From an uncultured Alphaproteobacteria bacterium (GTDB lineage Bacteria > Pseudomonadota > Alphaproteobacteria > JAPULJ01): 64,000 nucleotides of DNA. Shown piece by piece: positions 31,277 through 40,684 of the stretch (its first letter is position 1; every line of letters starts with the position of its first letter). Below the pieces are notes generated by a model. That model was not told the DNA's origin. It saw nothing but the letters and a program-made list of their open reading frames with translations, and searched no databases. The stretch spans positions 911-64,910 of the forward strand of contig CAZBRE010000004.1 in assembly GCA_964494065.1 (NCBI GenBank). The letters run 5' to 3'. A program made the position numbers and the translations under genes.

Positions 31277-32011
31277 CTACTCGCCGAAGACCGCGCGCAG
31301 CACGAGCACGCTGTCGCGCTTCGGCTGCCTGAGGGTCTCCTCGAAGAAGGCGACCGCGAAGGCGCAGGCCTTCTCCTGGTCCTTGGCTTTGAGCCCGGGC
31401 TTCCATTGCACCAGGTTCTCGCGGCCCAGCCGCTCGGCGAGCCGCGCCAGCACCGCGTTGAGCGGCCGGCGATAGGCGTTGGGATCGGGCTTGCTGCGTT
31501 TCTGGCCCTTGCGGCCGTTGCGGCGCGACTGCACCACGATCTGGGTCATCGCCACGCCCATCCGGCGCCGCTCGATCCGGGTGAGCTTGCGGAAGATCCG
31601 CGCCCGGTCGTTGGACGAGCCCGCCATGTAGTCGTAGCAGTCCTCATACGAGCCGGCGCGCAGCACCGACAGGATGTCGCGGGTCATCCGGGCGAAGCCG
31701 ATCACCGCGGCGTCGCTGGTCCGCGTGTAGTAGTAGGGGAAGTAATTCCAGCCCATGCGCGAGCCGAACTCGATCGAGGCCACCAGCATCGACGAGCGGC
31801 CGCCAAAGCGCCGCGCCTCCTCGAGTTCGCGGATGAAGTTGGCGCGCTCGTGCGGATGGTCCTCGAAGAGGATGCGGAAATAGGCGCTCTTGCGCTCCAT
31901 CTGCGCCACGATCCGCTCGGCGATCTGGGCCCGCTCGGCGAGCTGCGGGGCGGCCTGCACCGGGCCGACCAGCGCAAGTCCGAGGATGAGCAGCGCGGCC
32001 AGCACGGCCAT
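31277..32011 (-). CDS. Hypothetical exported protein
   Basis: Signal peptide MAVLAALLILGLALVGPVQA from the internal ATG 32011. No recognisable family. Confidence 0.45.
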   Translation of the reverse strand: MAVLAALLILGLALVGPVQAAPQLAERAQIAERIVAQMERKSAYFRILFEDHPHERANFIRELEEARRFGGRSSMLVASIEFGSRMGWNYFPYYYTRTSDAAVIGFARMTRDILSVLRAGSYEDCYDYMAGSSNDRARIFRKLTRIERRRMGVAMTQIVVQSRRNGRKGQKRSKPDPNAYRRPLNAVLARLAERLGRENLVQWKPGLKAKDQEKACAFAVAFFEETLRQPKRDSVLVLRAVFGE

Positions 32012-32173
32012 GCGGCGGCGGGGGCTGGCGGAGCCGTCGCGCGTCCAGTCGAAGATACCCAGAAATCTGGAGAATATCTGCATGGCCCGGCCCTCCTGGC
32101 GGATGCCCGAGGCTTACAGGAGGGGGACGAATATTCGCTTAATGTCGGCAGCGGGCGAGGCCGGCAGCTGATC

Positions 32174-32257
32174 GTCATCCCAACGAAAGCGGGGATCCAT
32201 GCCGGATCCCGAACTCCGGCGCGAGATCGCTGGATTCCCGCTTTCGCGGGAATGACG
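32174..32257. repeat. Composite palindromic repeat, family B
   Basis: Units GTCATCCCAACGAAAGCGGGGATCC (32174-32198) and GGATTCCCGCTTTCGCGGGAATGACG (32232-32257). Confidence 0.7.
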
Positions 32258-32369
32258 ATGAAGGAAATGAGCGTATTTTTTTACATATACGTAAATTCCC
32301 CAGTTGACGCCCGCCGCGATTCCGTCTGACATTCTCCCGACAGCCTCGTCCCGTGGGGAGGGGACAATC

Positions 32370-34232
32370 ATGGCGAGCGCCGCAAACGCACCGTTCATCG
32401 ATCTGCCCTTCGCTAAGCCGAAGGTGACGCGGACCAGGCGCGACGACGGCAGCACCGTGCTCGCCTCCGGCTACGCGCTCGCCGACTACCCGCCGCACAT
32501 GCTCGCCTATCTCGACCGCTGGGCCGAGGCGGCGCCCGACCGCGTCTTCCTCGCCGAGCGCGACGCGGAGGACAACTGGCGCGAACTCACCTATGCCGAC
32601 GCCGCCGAGCGCTCCGGCCGTCTGGCCCAGACGCTGCTCGACCGCGGGCACAGCGCCGCGCGCCCGATCATGATGCTGTGCGACGCCACGGTGAACATGG
32701 GCGTCCTGAAGCTGGCGGCGATGCGCGTCGGCATTCCCTTTGTGCCCGTCTCGCCGGCCTATTCGCTGATGTCGGAGACCTTCGAGAAGCTGCGCGGCGT
32801 GGTCGAGATGATCCGCCCCGGCCTCGTCTATGTGTCCAAGCAGGCGATGTTCGCCCGCGCGCTCGAGGCGGCGGGACTGCGCGAGGTGCCGCTGATCGCC
32901 GACGAGCCTGCGGACGGCGCGGCCACCGACAACATCCAAAGCTTCGAGAGCTGGCTTAGGCCGCCGCCAGGCCCTGCCGTTGCCGAAGCCTTCGCGGGCG
33001 TCGGCCCCGACACGGTCGCCAAGATCCTGCTCACCTCGGGCTCGACCGGCACGCCCAAAGGCGTGCTGAATCCGCAACGCATGCTCTGCTCGAACGGCGT
33101 TGCGGTCGACCAGCTCTGGCCCTTCCTCGGCGCGCGGCCGCCGGTGATGGTCGACTGGCTGCCCTGGTCGCACACCTTCGGCACCAACTTCAATCTCGGC
33201 CAGATCCTGCGCCACGGCGGCTCGCTCTATATCGACGCCGGCAAGCCCGCGCCGGGCCGCATCGAGACGACGCTGAAGAACCTGCGCGCGGTGCGGCCGA
33301 ACCTGCTCTACAACGTGCCGCGCGGCTTCGACATGCTGCTGCCGCATCTGGAGGCCGACGACGACTTCGCCGCGCATGTCTTCGGCGATCTCGACATCAT
33401 CTTCTACGCCGGCGCCGCGCTGCCGAAGACCCTGTGGGACCGGCTCGAGGCGCTCTCGGTCTTCGTGCGCGGCGCGCGCGTGCCGATCCTCTCCTCGCTC
33501 GGCGCGACGGAAACAGGCCCCGTCGCCACGCTCTCCCATTGGGGGCCGGAGATCGCCAACAGCATCGGCCTGCCGATCCCCGGCACCGAGGTGAAGCTGG
33601 TGCCGAGCGGCGACAAGACCGAGATCCGCGTGCGCGGGCCCAATGTCACGCCCGGCTATTTCGATGCGCCCGACCTCACCGCCGCCGCCTTCGACGAGGA
33701 GGACTTCTTCCGCCTGGGCGATGCGGTGACATACATCGATGAGGCCAAGCCCGAGCGCGGCCTCCTCTTCGATGGCCGCGTGGCGGAGAACTTCAAGCTG
33801 CTGACCGGCACCTGGGTCGCGGCGGGGCTCCTGCGCATCGCCGCGATAAGCGCCGGTGCGCCGGTGATCCAGGACGCCGTCGTCACCGGCCACGATCGCG
33901 AGGAGGTCGGATTACTGATCTTCCCCAATCCCGCCGGTTGCCGCGCGGTCGCCGGCGACGTCCCCGAGGACGAGCCGCTTGATGCGCTGATCGGGCGCGA
34001 GCCCGTGCGCAGCGCGCTTGCCGCGGGCCTCGCCCGCCACAATTCCGAAAACCCCGGCAGCAGCACGCGCATCGCCCGCGCGCTCATCATGACCGAGCCG
34101 CCCTCGATCGACGGCAACGAAATCACCGACAAGGGGTACCTGAACCAGCTAGCCGTCCTGGCGCGGCGCGCAGAGTTGGTGGAACGGCTTTACGCGGAGC
34201 CGGCGGCGGAGGATGTGGTGTTGATCGCGTAG
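32370..34232 (+). CDS. AMP-dependent acyl-CoA synthetase, feruloyl-CoA-synthetase-like (paralog 2)
   Basis: [22 protein letters not shown] and SLGATETGP motifs. GGGGAGGGG RBS before ATG 32370. Confidence 0.8.
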   Translation: MASAANAPFIDLPFAKPKVTRTRRDDGSTVLASGYALADYPPHMLAYLDRWAEAAPDRVFLAERDAEDNWRELTYADAAERSGRLAQTLLDRGHSAARPIMMLCDATVNMGVLKLAAMRVGIPFVPVSPAYSLMSETFEKLRGVVEMIRPGLVYVSKQAMFARALEAAGLREVPLIADEPADGAATDNIQSFESWLRPPPGPAVAEAFAGVGPDTVAKILLTSGSTGTPKGVLNPQRMLCSNGVAVDQLWPFLGARPPVMVDWLPWSHTFGTNFNLGQILRHGGSLYIDAGKPAPGRIETTLKNLRAVRPNLLYNVPRGFDMLLPHLEADDDFAAHVFGDLDIIFYAGAALPKTLWDRLEALSVFVRGARVPILSSLGATETGPVATLSHWGPEIANSIGLPIPGTEVKLVPSGDKTEIRVRGPNVTPGYFDAPDLTAAAFDEEDFFRLGDAVTYIDEAKPERGLLFDGRVAENFKLLTGTWVAAGLLRIAAISAGAPVIQDAVVTGHDREEVGLLIFPNPAGCRAVAGDVPEDEPLDALIGREPVRSALAAGLARHNSENPGSSTRIARALIMTEPPSIDGNEITDKGYLNQLAVLARRAELVERLYAEPAAEDVVLIA

Positions 34233-34246
34233 CGCCTAACCACCTC

Positions 34247-34333
34247 GTCATTCCCGCGAAAGCGGGAATCCAGAAGCATCAGGGCGCCAATCTTTCCGGC
34301 TTCCCTGGACCCCCGCTTTCGCGGGGGTGACGG
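34247..34333. repeat. Composite palindromic repeat, family B
   Basis: Units GTCATTCCCGCGAAAGCGGGAATCC (34247-34271) and GGACCCCCGCTTTCGCGGGGGTGACGG (34307-34333). Confidence 0.7.
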
Positions 34334-34363
34334 TCAACCAAGCTCGGTGCGCCGGGCGCCGCC

Positions 34364-36166
34364 CTAAAACGCCGCTTCCTCCAGCTCCATCAGCGGCTTC
34401 GCGCCGCCGGTCATCGTCGCAAACAGCCCCGCCGTCTCGGGCAGCACGCGCGCCATGTAGAAGCGCGCGGTGGCGAGCTTGGCTTTGTAGAAATCCTCCT
34501 CGCCGTTCGCGCCGGCCTTCAGCTTGTCGCGCGCGATCTTCGCCATGCGCGCCCACATATAGCCGATGGCGACGAAGCCGAAGGCGCGGAGATACTCGCT
34601 CGCCGCGGCGGCCGCGTCGTTCTGATCCTTCATGCCGGCCTCGGCGAGCCACAGCGTCGTCTGCTGCAGCTTGGCGAATGATTTCATCAGCGGCGTGACG
34701 AACTCCGCCATCTCCGGATCGGAGGCGTTCGCCTCGATGAACTTCTGCACGGGGTGGAAGAAGCGGCGCAGGAACCGGCCCATATGCGCCGGCAGCTTGC
34801 GGCCGATCAGGTCGAGCGCCTGAATGCCGTTGGTGCCCTCGTAGAGCTGGGTGATGCGCGCGTCACGCACGAACTGCTCGATGCCGTGCTCGGAAATGTA
34901 GCCGTGGCCGCCATAGACCTGGACGGCGAGGTTCGCCGCCTCGAAGCCGTGATCGGTGAAGAAGGCCTTGATGATCGGCGTCGTCAGCTCGATCCAGTCG
35001 GAGGCCTCTTCGCGCACCGCCTCGTCGGGATGCTTCAGCATCTTGTCGATCTCGTAGCCCGTCCAATAGGCAAAGGCGCGCGCACCCTCGGTCAGCGAGC
35101 GGGCGCGCAGCAGCATGCGCCGCACGTCGGGATGGACGATGATCGGATCGGCCGGCTTGTCGGGCGCTTCGGCGCCCTTGAGCCCGCGGCCCTGCACGCG
35201 CTCCTTGGCGTAGTCGACGGCATTCTGGTAGGCGACCTCGGCGAGGCCGAGCCCCTGCATGCCGACGCCGAGGCGCGCGGCGTTCATCATCGTGAACATA
35301 TGCGCCATGCCCTTGTGCGGCTGGCCGACCAGCCAGCCCTTGGCCTCCTCGAAGTTGATGACGCAGGTCGACGACGCCTTGATGCCCATCTTGTGCTCGA
35401 TCGCGCCGCACATGACGCCGTTGCGCGGCCCCGCGACGGTCTCGCCGTTCTCCTGCTTGGGCAGGAACTTCGGCACCAGGAAGAGCGAGATGCCGCGCAC
35501 GCCCTCGGGCGCGTCGGGCAGCTTCGCCAGCACCAGATGGACGATGTTGTCCGTCAGGTCGTGCTCGCCGGCGGAGATGAAGATCTTGGTGCCGGTGATC
35601 TTGTAGGAGCCGTCGGTATCGGGCACCGCCTTGGTGCGGATGAGACCGAGATCGGTCCCGCAATGAGGCTCGGTGAGGCACATCGTGCCCGACCAGGTGC
35701 CGTCGACCAGCTTCGGCAAGTACTCGTCCTTGAGCGCGTCGGTCGCATGGTGCTCGATCGCGTTGTAGGCGCCGAGCGAAAGCCCCGGATACATGCCGAA
35801 GGACATGTTGGCCGAGCAGATCATCTCCTCGAAGACGAAGTTGATGACCTTGGGCAGGCCCTGACCGCCATATTTCGGATCGCAGGCGATGCCGCACCAG
35901 CCCGACTCGGCGAAAGTCTTGTACGCTTCCTTGAAGCCCTCCGGTGTACGTACGACACCGTTCTCGTACGTACAGCCCTCCTGGTCGCCCGAATAGTTGA
36001 GCGGCTGCAGCTCGTTCTCGCAGAGCTTGGCCGCTTCTTCGAGGACCGCATCGATGATGTCGGGCGTCGCCTCCTCGTAGCCTGGCATCTCGGCCAGCTT
36101 CTCGACACCGAGCATCTCGTGCAGCACGAAGCGCATCTCGCGCAAGGGAGCCTTGTAGGTCGCCAT
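34364..36166 (-). CDS. Acyl-CoA dehydrogenase (long ~600 aa FadE-type)
   Basis: ACAD N, middle and C-terminal domains plus a C-terminal extension. Confidence 0.85.
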   Translation of the reverse strand: MATYKAPLREMRFVLHEMLGVEKLAEMPGYEEATPDIIDAVLEEAAKLCENELQPLNYSGDQEGCTYENGVVRTPEGFKEAYKTFAESGWCGIACDPKYGGQGLPKVINFVFEEMICSANMSFGMYPGLSLGAYNAIEHHATDALKDEYLPKLVDGTWSGTMCLTEPHCGTDLGLIRTKAVPDTDGSYKITGTKIFISAGEHDLTDNIVHLVLAKLPDAPEGVRGISLFLVPKFLPKQENGETVAGPRNGVMCGAIEHKMGIKASSTCVINFEEAKGWLVGQPHKGMAHMFTMMNAARLGVGMQGLGLAEVAYQNAVDYAKERVQGRGLKGAEAPDKPADPIIVHPDVRRMLLRARSLTEGARAFAYWTGYEIDKMLKHPDEAVREEASDWIELTTPIIKAFFTDHGFEAANLAVQVYGGHGYISEHGIEQFVRDARITQLYEGTNGIQALDLIGRKLPAHMGRFLRRFFHPVQKFIEANASDPEMAEFVTPLMKSFAKLQQTTLWLAEAGMKDQNDAAAAASEYLRAFGFVAIGYMWARMAKIARDKLKAGANGEEDFYKAKLATARFYMARVLPETAGLFATMTGGAKPLMELEEAAF

Positions 36167-36178
36167 GGGTACGGTCTC

Positions 36179-38500
36179 CTAGTTCCTGAGCGGCTTGCCG
36201 GTGGTGAGCGTGTGCTCGATCCGGGCTAGCGTCTTTTCGGTGCGCACGAGCTTCATGAACTCCTGCACTTCGAGCTTCAAGAGCTGATCCTCGGTGACGG
36301 TCTCGGTGATGTCGGTGTCGCCGCCCGACAGCACCGTCGCCACTCCGCCGGCCACGCGCGCATCGTGCTCGGAGGCCTGGCCCTGCTGGACGAAGCCCGC
36401 AACCGCGAGGTCCATTGCCGCCTTGGCGGTCGAACCCGGCAGGTTGAGCTCCACCGGCTCGGGCGGTGTGTAATCCTTGGCGAGCGCCAGTGCTTTCGCC
36501 TTGGCATCGGCCAGCAAACGGTCGCGGTTCATGGTGATGCCGTCGCCCGAACGCAGGATCTTCATGTCCTGGGCGAGATTGGCGGAGCGCGAGACCGCGG
36601 CGGTCGAGATGTACTCGAAGGCCTTACCGACCGCGGGCATGTAGCCGCCCGGCCGCTTTTCGTCGACCGCCCAGCGCGTCACCATCTCCTTGCAGCCGCC
36701 CCAGCCCGGCACGAGCCCCACGCCGACCTCGACGAGGCCGATATAGGCTTCCGCGCAGGCCTGGATGGCATCCGAATGCAGCAGGATCTCGCAGCCGCCG
36801 CCGAGCGCCATGCCGGCCGGCGCGCCGACCACGGGGAAAGGCGCGTATTTGAGCTTCTTGTACGTGCGCTGGCCCTGCTCGAGGCCCTGCTCGATCATCG
36901 GCCAGACGCCGACATTGGCGGCGAAAAGCGCGAGACCGATATTGGCACCGACGGAAAAGTTGTCCGCCTCGTTGTACACGACGAGCGCGGTCATATCCTT
37001 CTCCACGACGGCGATGGCCTTCTCGATCATGGCCATGATGTCGCCGTCGATCGCGTTCATCTTGGAATGGAATTCCAGACAGGCGACACCGTCGCCGATA
37101 TCCCAGAGCGAGGCGGAGGCGTTCTTCGCCAAAGGCTCCGATGCCCGCTTGATGTCTTCGAGCTTGATGACGCCTTCGGGCCGCTCGACGTCGTGATATT
37201 TCCCGTCGGTGCCGAAGAACTGCAACTTGCCGTTCTCCACCCGGTAGAAGGTGCCGTCGCCGACCTTGGCGAGCAGCTCCGGCACGGGCCGGCCCTCTTC
37301 CGCCAGCTTATCCGCGAACCACTTCGCGCCAAGCTTGTCGATCAGCTCGAACGGCCCCCATTTCCACGCATAGCCGAGGCGCATCGCCTCATCGACCTTG
37401 ACGATATCGTCAGCGATCTCGGGCACTAAGAGGGCGGCGTAAGACAGCGTGTGCGAGAGCACCGCCCAGGCATAGCCGCCGCCCTTGTCTTCATGGGTGA
37501 CGAGCGCCTGAAGGCCCTTGCGGCCGGCGCGCACGCTGGCGAGCTGCGCCTTCACCGACGGCTTGTATTCGCCCGTCGCGAGATCGATCGATTCCTTGAC
37601 GCGGCCGCCGCCCTCGCGGTTGAGGCGATAGAAACCGCCCTTGCCCTTCCGTCCGGTGTAGCCGTCGGCGATCATCTTCTCGATCTTGTCGGAAGACCGG
37701 TAGAGCGCCTTGTAGGGGTCGCCCTCGGGCACGTTGTCATAGAGCGATTTGGAGACATGCGGCATCAGATCGATGCCGACCAGATCCATGAGCCCGAAGA
37801 TGCCGGTCTTGGGCAGCCCCATCGGCTTGCCGGCAATGGCGTCCGCTTCCTCTACGGTCAGCCCGCGGTCGACCGCCTCGTTGATCGCGACCTGGCCGAA
37901 CAGCGTGCCGATGCGGTTGGCGACGAAGCCCGGCGTGTCCTTGGCGTCGACGATACCCTTGCCCAGGCGTACGTCTCCGAACGCACGTACGGTGTCGAGC
38001 ACGTCTTTCCGCGTCTTCGGTCCGCCGACGATCTCGAGCAGACGCAGATAGCGTGGCGGATTGAAGAAATGCGTGATGACGAAGTCTTTCTGGAAGGACT
38101 CCGGCAACCCATCGGTCAATTGCTTCAATGGAATCGTCGAGGTGTTCGACGAGACGATCGAGCCCTTCTTGCGATGCCCTTCGAGCGTCTTATAGAGGGT
38201 CTGCTTGATGTCCACGCGCTCGACGATCGCCTCGACGATCCAGTCGACCTCGCCCAGCGCGTCGAGATCGTCCTCGACATTCGCCGGCGTCACCAGCTTC
38301 ATCGCGCGCGGATGCATGAAGGGCGCGGGATCCATCTTCTTCATCGCGTCGATGGCCTTGCGCGCCACGATCGAGCGGTCGTTCGCGCCCTCCGGCACGA
38401 TGTCGTAGAGCAGCACCGGCACGCCCGCATTGGCGAGGTGCGCGGCAATCCCGCCCCCCATCACGCCCGAGCCGATGACGGCGGCTTTCTGGATTTCCAT
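36179..38500 (-). CDS. 3-hydroxyacyl-CoA dehydrogenase / enoyl-CoA hydratase fusion (FadN-type domain order)
   Basis: N-terminal NAD-binding motif AVIGSGVMGGGIA. C-terminal crotonase fold. GAGGAG RBS before ATG 38500. Confidence 0.85.
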   Translation of the reverse strand: MEIQKAAVIGSGVMGGGIAAHLANAGVPVLLYDIVPEGANDRSIVARKAIDAMKKMDPAPFMHPRAMKLVTPANVEDDLDALGEVDWIVEAIVERVDIKQTLYKTLEGHRKKGSIVSSNTSTIPLKQLTDGLPESFQKDFVITHFFNPPRYLRLLEIVGGPKTRKDVLDTVRAFGDVRLGKGIVDAKDTPGFVANRIGTLFGQVAINEAVDRGLTVEEADAIAGKPMGLPKTGIFGLMDLVGIDLMPHVSKSLYDNVPEGDPYKALYRSSDKIEKMIADGYTGRKGKGGFYRLNREGGGRVKESIDLATGEYKPSVKAQLASVRAGRKGLQALVTHEDKGGGYAWAVLSHTLSYAALLVPEIADDIVKVDEAMRLGYAWKWGPFELIDKLGAKWFADKLAEEGRPVPELLAKVGDGTFYRVENGKLQFFGTDGKYHDVERPEGVIKLEDIKRASEPLAKNASASLWDIGDGVACLEFHSKMNAIDGDIMAMIEKAIAVVEKDMTALVVYNEADNFSVGANIGLALFAANVGVWPMIEQGLEQGQRTYKKLKYAPFPVVGAPAGMALGGGCEILLHSDAIQACAEAYIGLVEVGVGLVPGWGGCKEMVTRWAVDEKRPGGYMPAVGKAFEYISTAAVSRSANLAQDMKILRSGDGITMNRDRLLADAKAKALALAKDYTPPEPVELNLPGSTAKAAMDLAVAGFVQQGQASEHDARVAGGVATVLSGGDTDITETVTEDQLLKLEVQEFMKLVRTEKTLARIEHTLTTGKPLRN

Positions 38501-38528
38501 CTCTTCGCTCCTCGGCGTTCGGCGCGGG

Positions 38529-39671
38529 CTATACGGCTTCAAGCACGGTGGCGATGCCCTGACCGCCGCCGATGCACATGGTGGCGACGGCATACTTGCC
38601 GCCCTCGCGGGCGAGGTTCGCGGCCGCCTTGCCGGTGATCCGCGCGCCCGAGGCGCCGAGCGGATGGCCGAGCGCGATGGCGCCGCCGTCGAGGTTCACC
38701 TTCGCCGGGTCGATGCCGAGCTCCTTGATGCAGGCGACCGACTGCGAGGCGAAGGCCTCGTTCAGCTCCATCACGTCGATGTCCTCGATCTTGAGGCCGG
38801 CGCGCGCGAGCGCCTTCCGCGTCGCCTCGACGGGCCCCATGCCCATGATCTCGGGTTCCAGGCCCGTGCCCGCGATCGCCTTGATGCGCGCGAGGATCGG
38901 CAGCTTGTTCTTCTTCGCATAATCCTCGGTGCAGACCAGCACCGCCGAGGCGCCGTCGGTCAACGGCGACGACGTGCCCGCGGTTACCGTGCCGTCCTTG
39001 TCGAAGGCGGGCTTGAGACCCGACAGCGTTTCCTGGGTACTGTCGGCGCGGATGCCGCCATCGGTGTCGACGACGCCGTTGTTGGGCGTCTCGATTGGGA
39101 CGATCTCGTCCTTGAAGCGGCCGCCCGTGCGGGCCGCTTCGGCCTTCTGATGGCTGGCGATGGCGAAGTCCTGCTGCACCTCGCGGGTCACCTGATACTT
39201 CTTGGCGACCTCCTCGGCGGTCTGGCCCATCGAGAAGTAGGTCTCGGGCCAGCCCTTCGCGAGCGCAGGATTCGGTGAGGGATTGTAGCCCATCATCGGC
39301 ACGCGGCTCATCGACTCCACGCCCGCGGCGATGAAGGCCTCGCCGGCGCCGAGCTGGATGTCGCCCGCGGCCATGTGGATCGCCTGCATCGAGGAGCCGC
39401 ACCAGCGGTTCACGGTGATGCCGCCCGTCTTGACCGGCAGATCGGAGAGAAAGACGACGTAGCGGCCCATGTTGAAGCCCTGCTCGGCCTCGGGCACGGC
39501 GCAGCCGAGGATCAGCGTTTCGATGTCGTCCTTGTTGACGCCGGTCTTGTCGATCAGCGCCTTGACGACGGTGGCGACCAGATCGTCCGGCCGCACCTTG
39601 GTCAGCGTGCCCTTATGCGCGATACCGAAGGGCGAGCGGGCGTAACCCGCGATGACGACGTTCGTTTCCAT
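38529..39671 (-). CDS. Acetyl-CoA C-acyltransferase (thiolase)
   Basis: Thiolase signatures VNRWCGSSMQA, NEAFASQ and GGGQG. Confidence 0.9.
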   Translation of the reverse strand: METNVVIAGYARSPFGIAHKGTLTKVRPDDLVATVVKALIDKTGVNKDDIETLILGCAVPEAEQGFNMGRYVVFLSDLPVKTGGITVNRWCGSSMQAIHMAAGDIQLGAGEAFIAAGVESMSRVPMMGYNPSPNPALAKGWPETYFSMGQTAEEVAKKYQVTREVQQDFAIASHQKAEAARTGGRFKDEIVPIETPNNGVVDTDGGIRADSTQETLSGLKPAFDKDGTVTAGTSSPLTDGASAVLVCTEDYAKKNKLPILARIKAIAGTGLEPEIMGMGPVEATRKALARAGLKIEDIDVMELNEAFASQSVACIKELGIDPAKVNLDGGAIALGHPLGASGARITGKAAANLAREGGKYAVATMCIGGGQGIATVLEAV

Positions 39672-39782
39672 GGTCGCTTACCTTCCCTCACTGGCGGGGC
39701 TCGCAGCCCCGTATTCCAGATAGCGTTGCATTGAATTGCGTCACGACGGCGACAACGCCGCCGACGTCCTCAGTCCAACCCC

Positions 39783-40352
39783 TCAGTCGAGCAGCGCGAC
39801 GATGTCGCGGCCGGCCCGGCGCAGGATCTCCTTGTCGCCCGTCAGCCCCATGATCATGATCGCGCCCTGCACGCGGGCGATCGAGTCCTCGGCCAGCTCG
39901 CGCGCGCGCTTGTCACCGTACTTGCCGGCGAGCAGCTTCGTCAGCGCCCTGGCCCAATCCTCGAAGTAGATGCGGATGCGCTCGACGAATTCCGGCACGC
40001 TGCCGCCGACCTCGAGCGCCAGATTGCCCATCACGCAGCCGCCCTCGCGGCCGATGAAGTAGCGCTCGACCGCATCGGCCAGCGCCTGGAGGCGTTCCTT
40101 CGGCGTCCGTCCGTCATCGTTGGCGGGGTCGTGCGCCGGATTGAACAGCTTGACCCGCCCGTCCTCGATCACCCGGTCGAGCGCCGCCACCGCGAGCTCC
40201 TTCTTACCCGGGAAGTAGTGATAGACGCTGCCTTTCAACAGGCCGCAGGCGCCGCTGATATCCGACATCGACGTGTGGTGATAGCCCTTCACCCGAAAGA
40301 GGTTGAGGGCCCCGTCGATGACATTGTCGCGATCGGTCTTCTTGACGGCCAT
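39783..40352 (-). CDS. TetR family transcriptional regulator
   Basis: HTH TetR N-terminal motif GYHHTSMSDISGACGLLKGSVYHYF. Start at the internal ATG 40352. Confidence 0.8.
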   Translation of the reverse strand: MAVKKTDRDNVIDGALNLFRVKGYHHTSMSDISGACGLLKGSVYHYFPGKKELAVAALDRVIEDGRVKLFNPAHDPANDDGRTPKERLQALADAVERYFIGREGGCVMGNLALEVGGSVPEFVERIRIYFEDWARALTKLLAGKYGDKRARELAEDSIARVQGAIMIMGLTGDKEILRRAGRDIVALLD

Positions 40353-40684
40353 GAGCGGATACGGGCTGACGCGGAGGGGGCTGATGCGCTGACGAGAAAA
40401 GGCCGGATCCCCGGCCCCGCTGATCAGGAAAATCATCCAACCAAACGGTCGGTTGGTTCGCGAGAAACATACGCGCGTTTGATTGGGCTGTCAAGCATCG
40501 CTTGAAGGAGGGTACGGAAATCATCGAAACGCCCCACGATTCCGCCAAATAGCGGGCCTTTAAACCTCGGCCAGTCCTCGCAAACCCCAGACAATTCGGG
40601 CCCGTCCGTCCTGGACGGGCCCGTTTCGTGCCGGCTGGAGAGATCCGGGCTTACGTCGTCACATCTCCCGTCGTCACCTGGTCG

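Noticed and set aside
30467-33893. 620-aa (+) and 572-aa (-) ORFs spanning the SBP-like, hypothetical and ligase-2 region
   Set aside because: Antisense artefacts. They run through the family-B repeats and pick up the tell-tale repeat-derived peptides (VIPTKAGIHAGS..., ...RHSRESGNP...).
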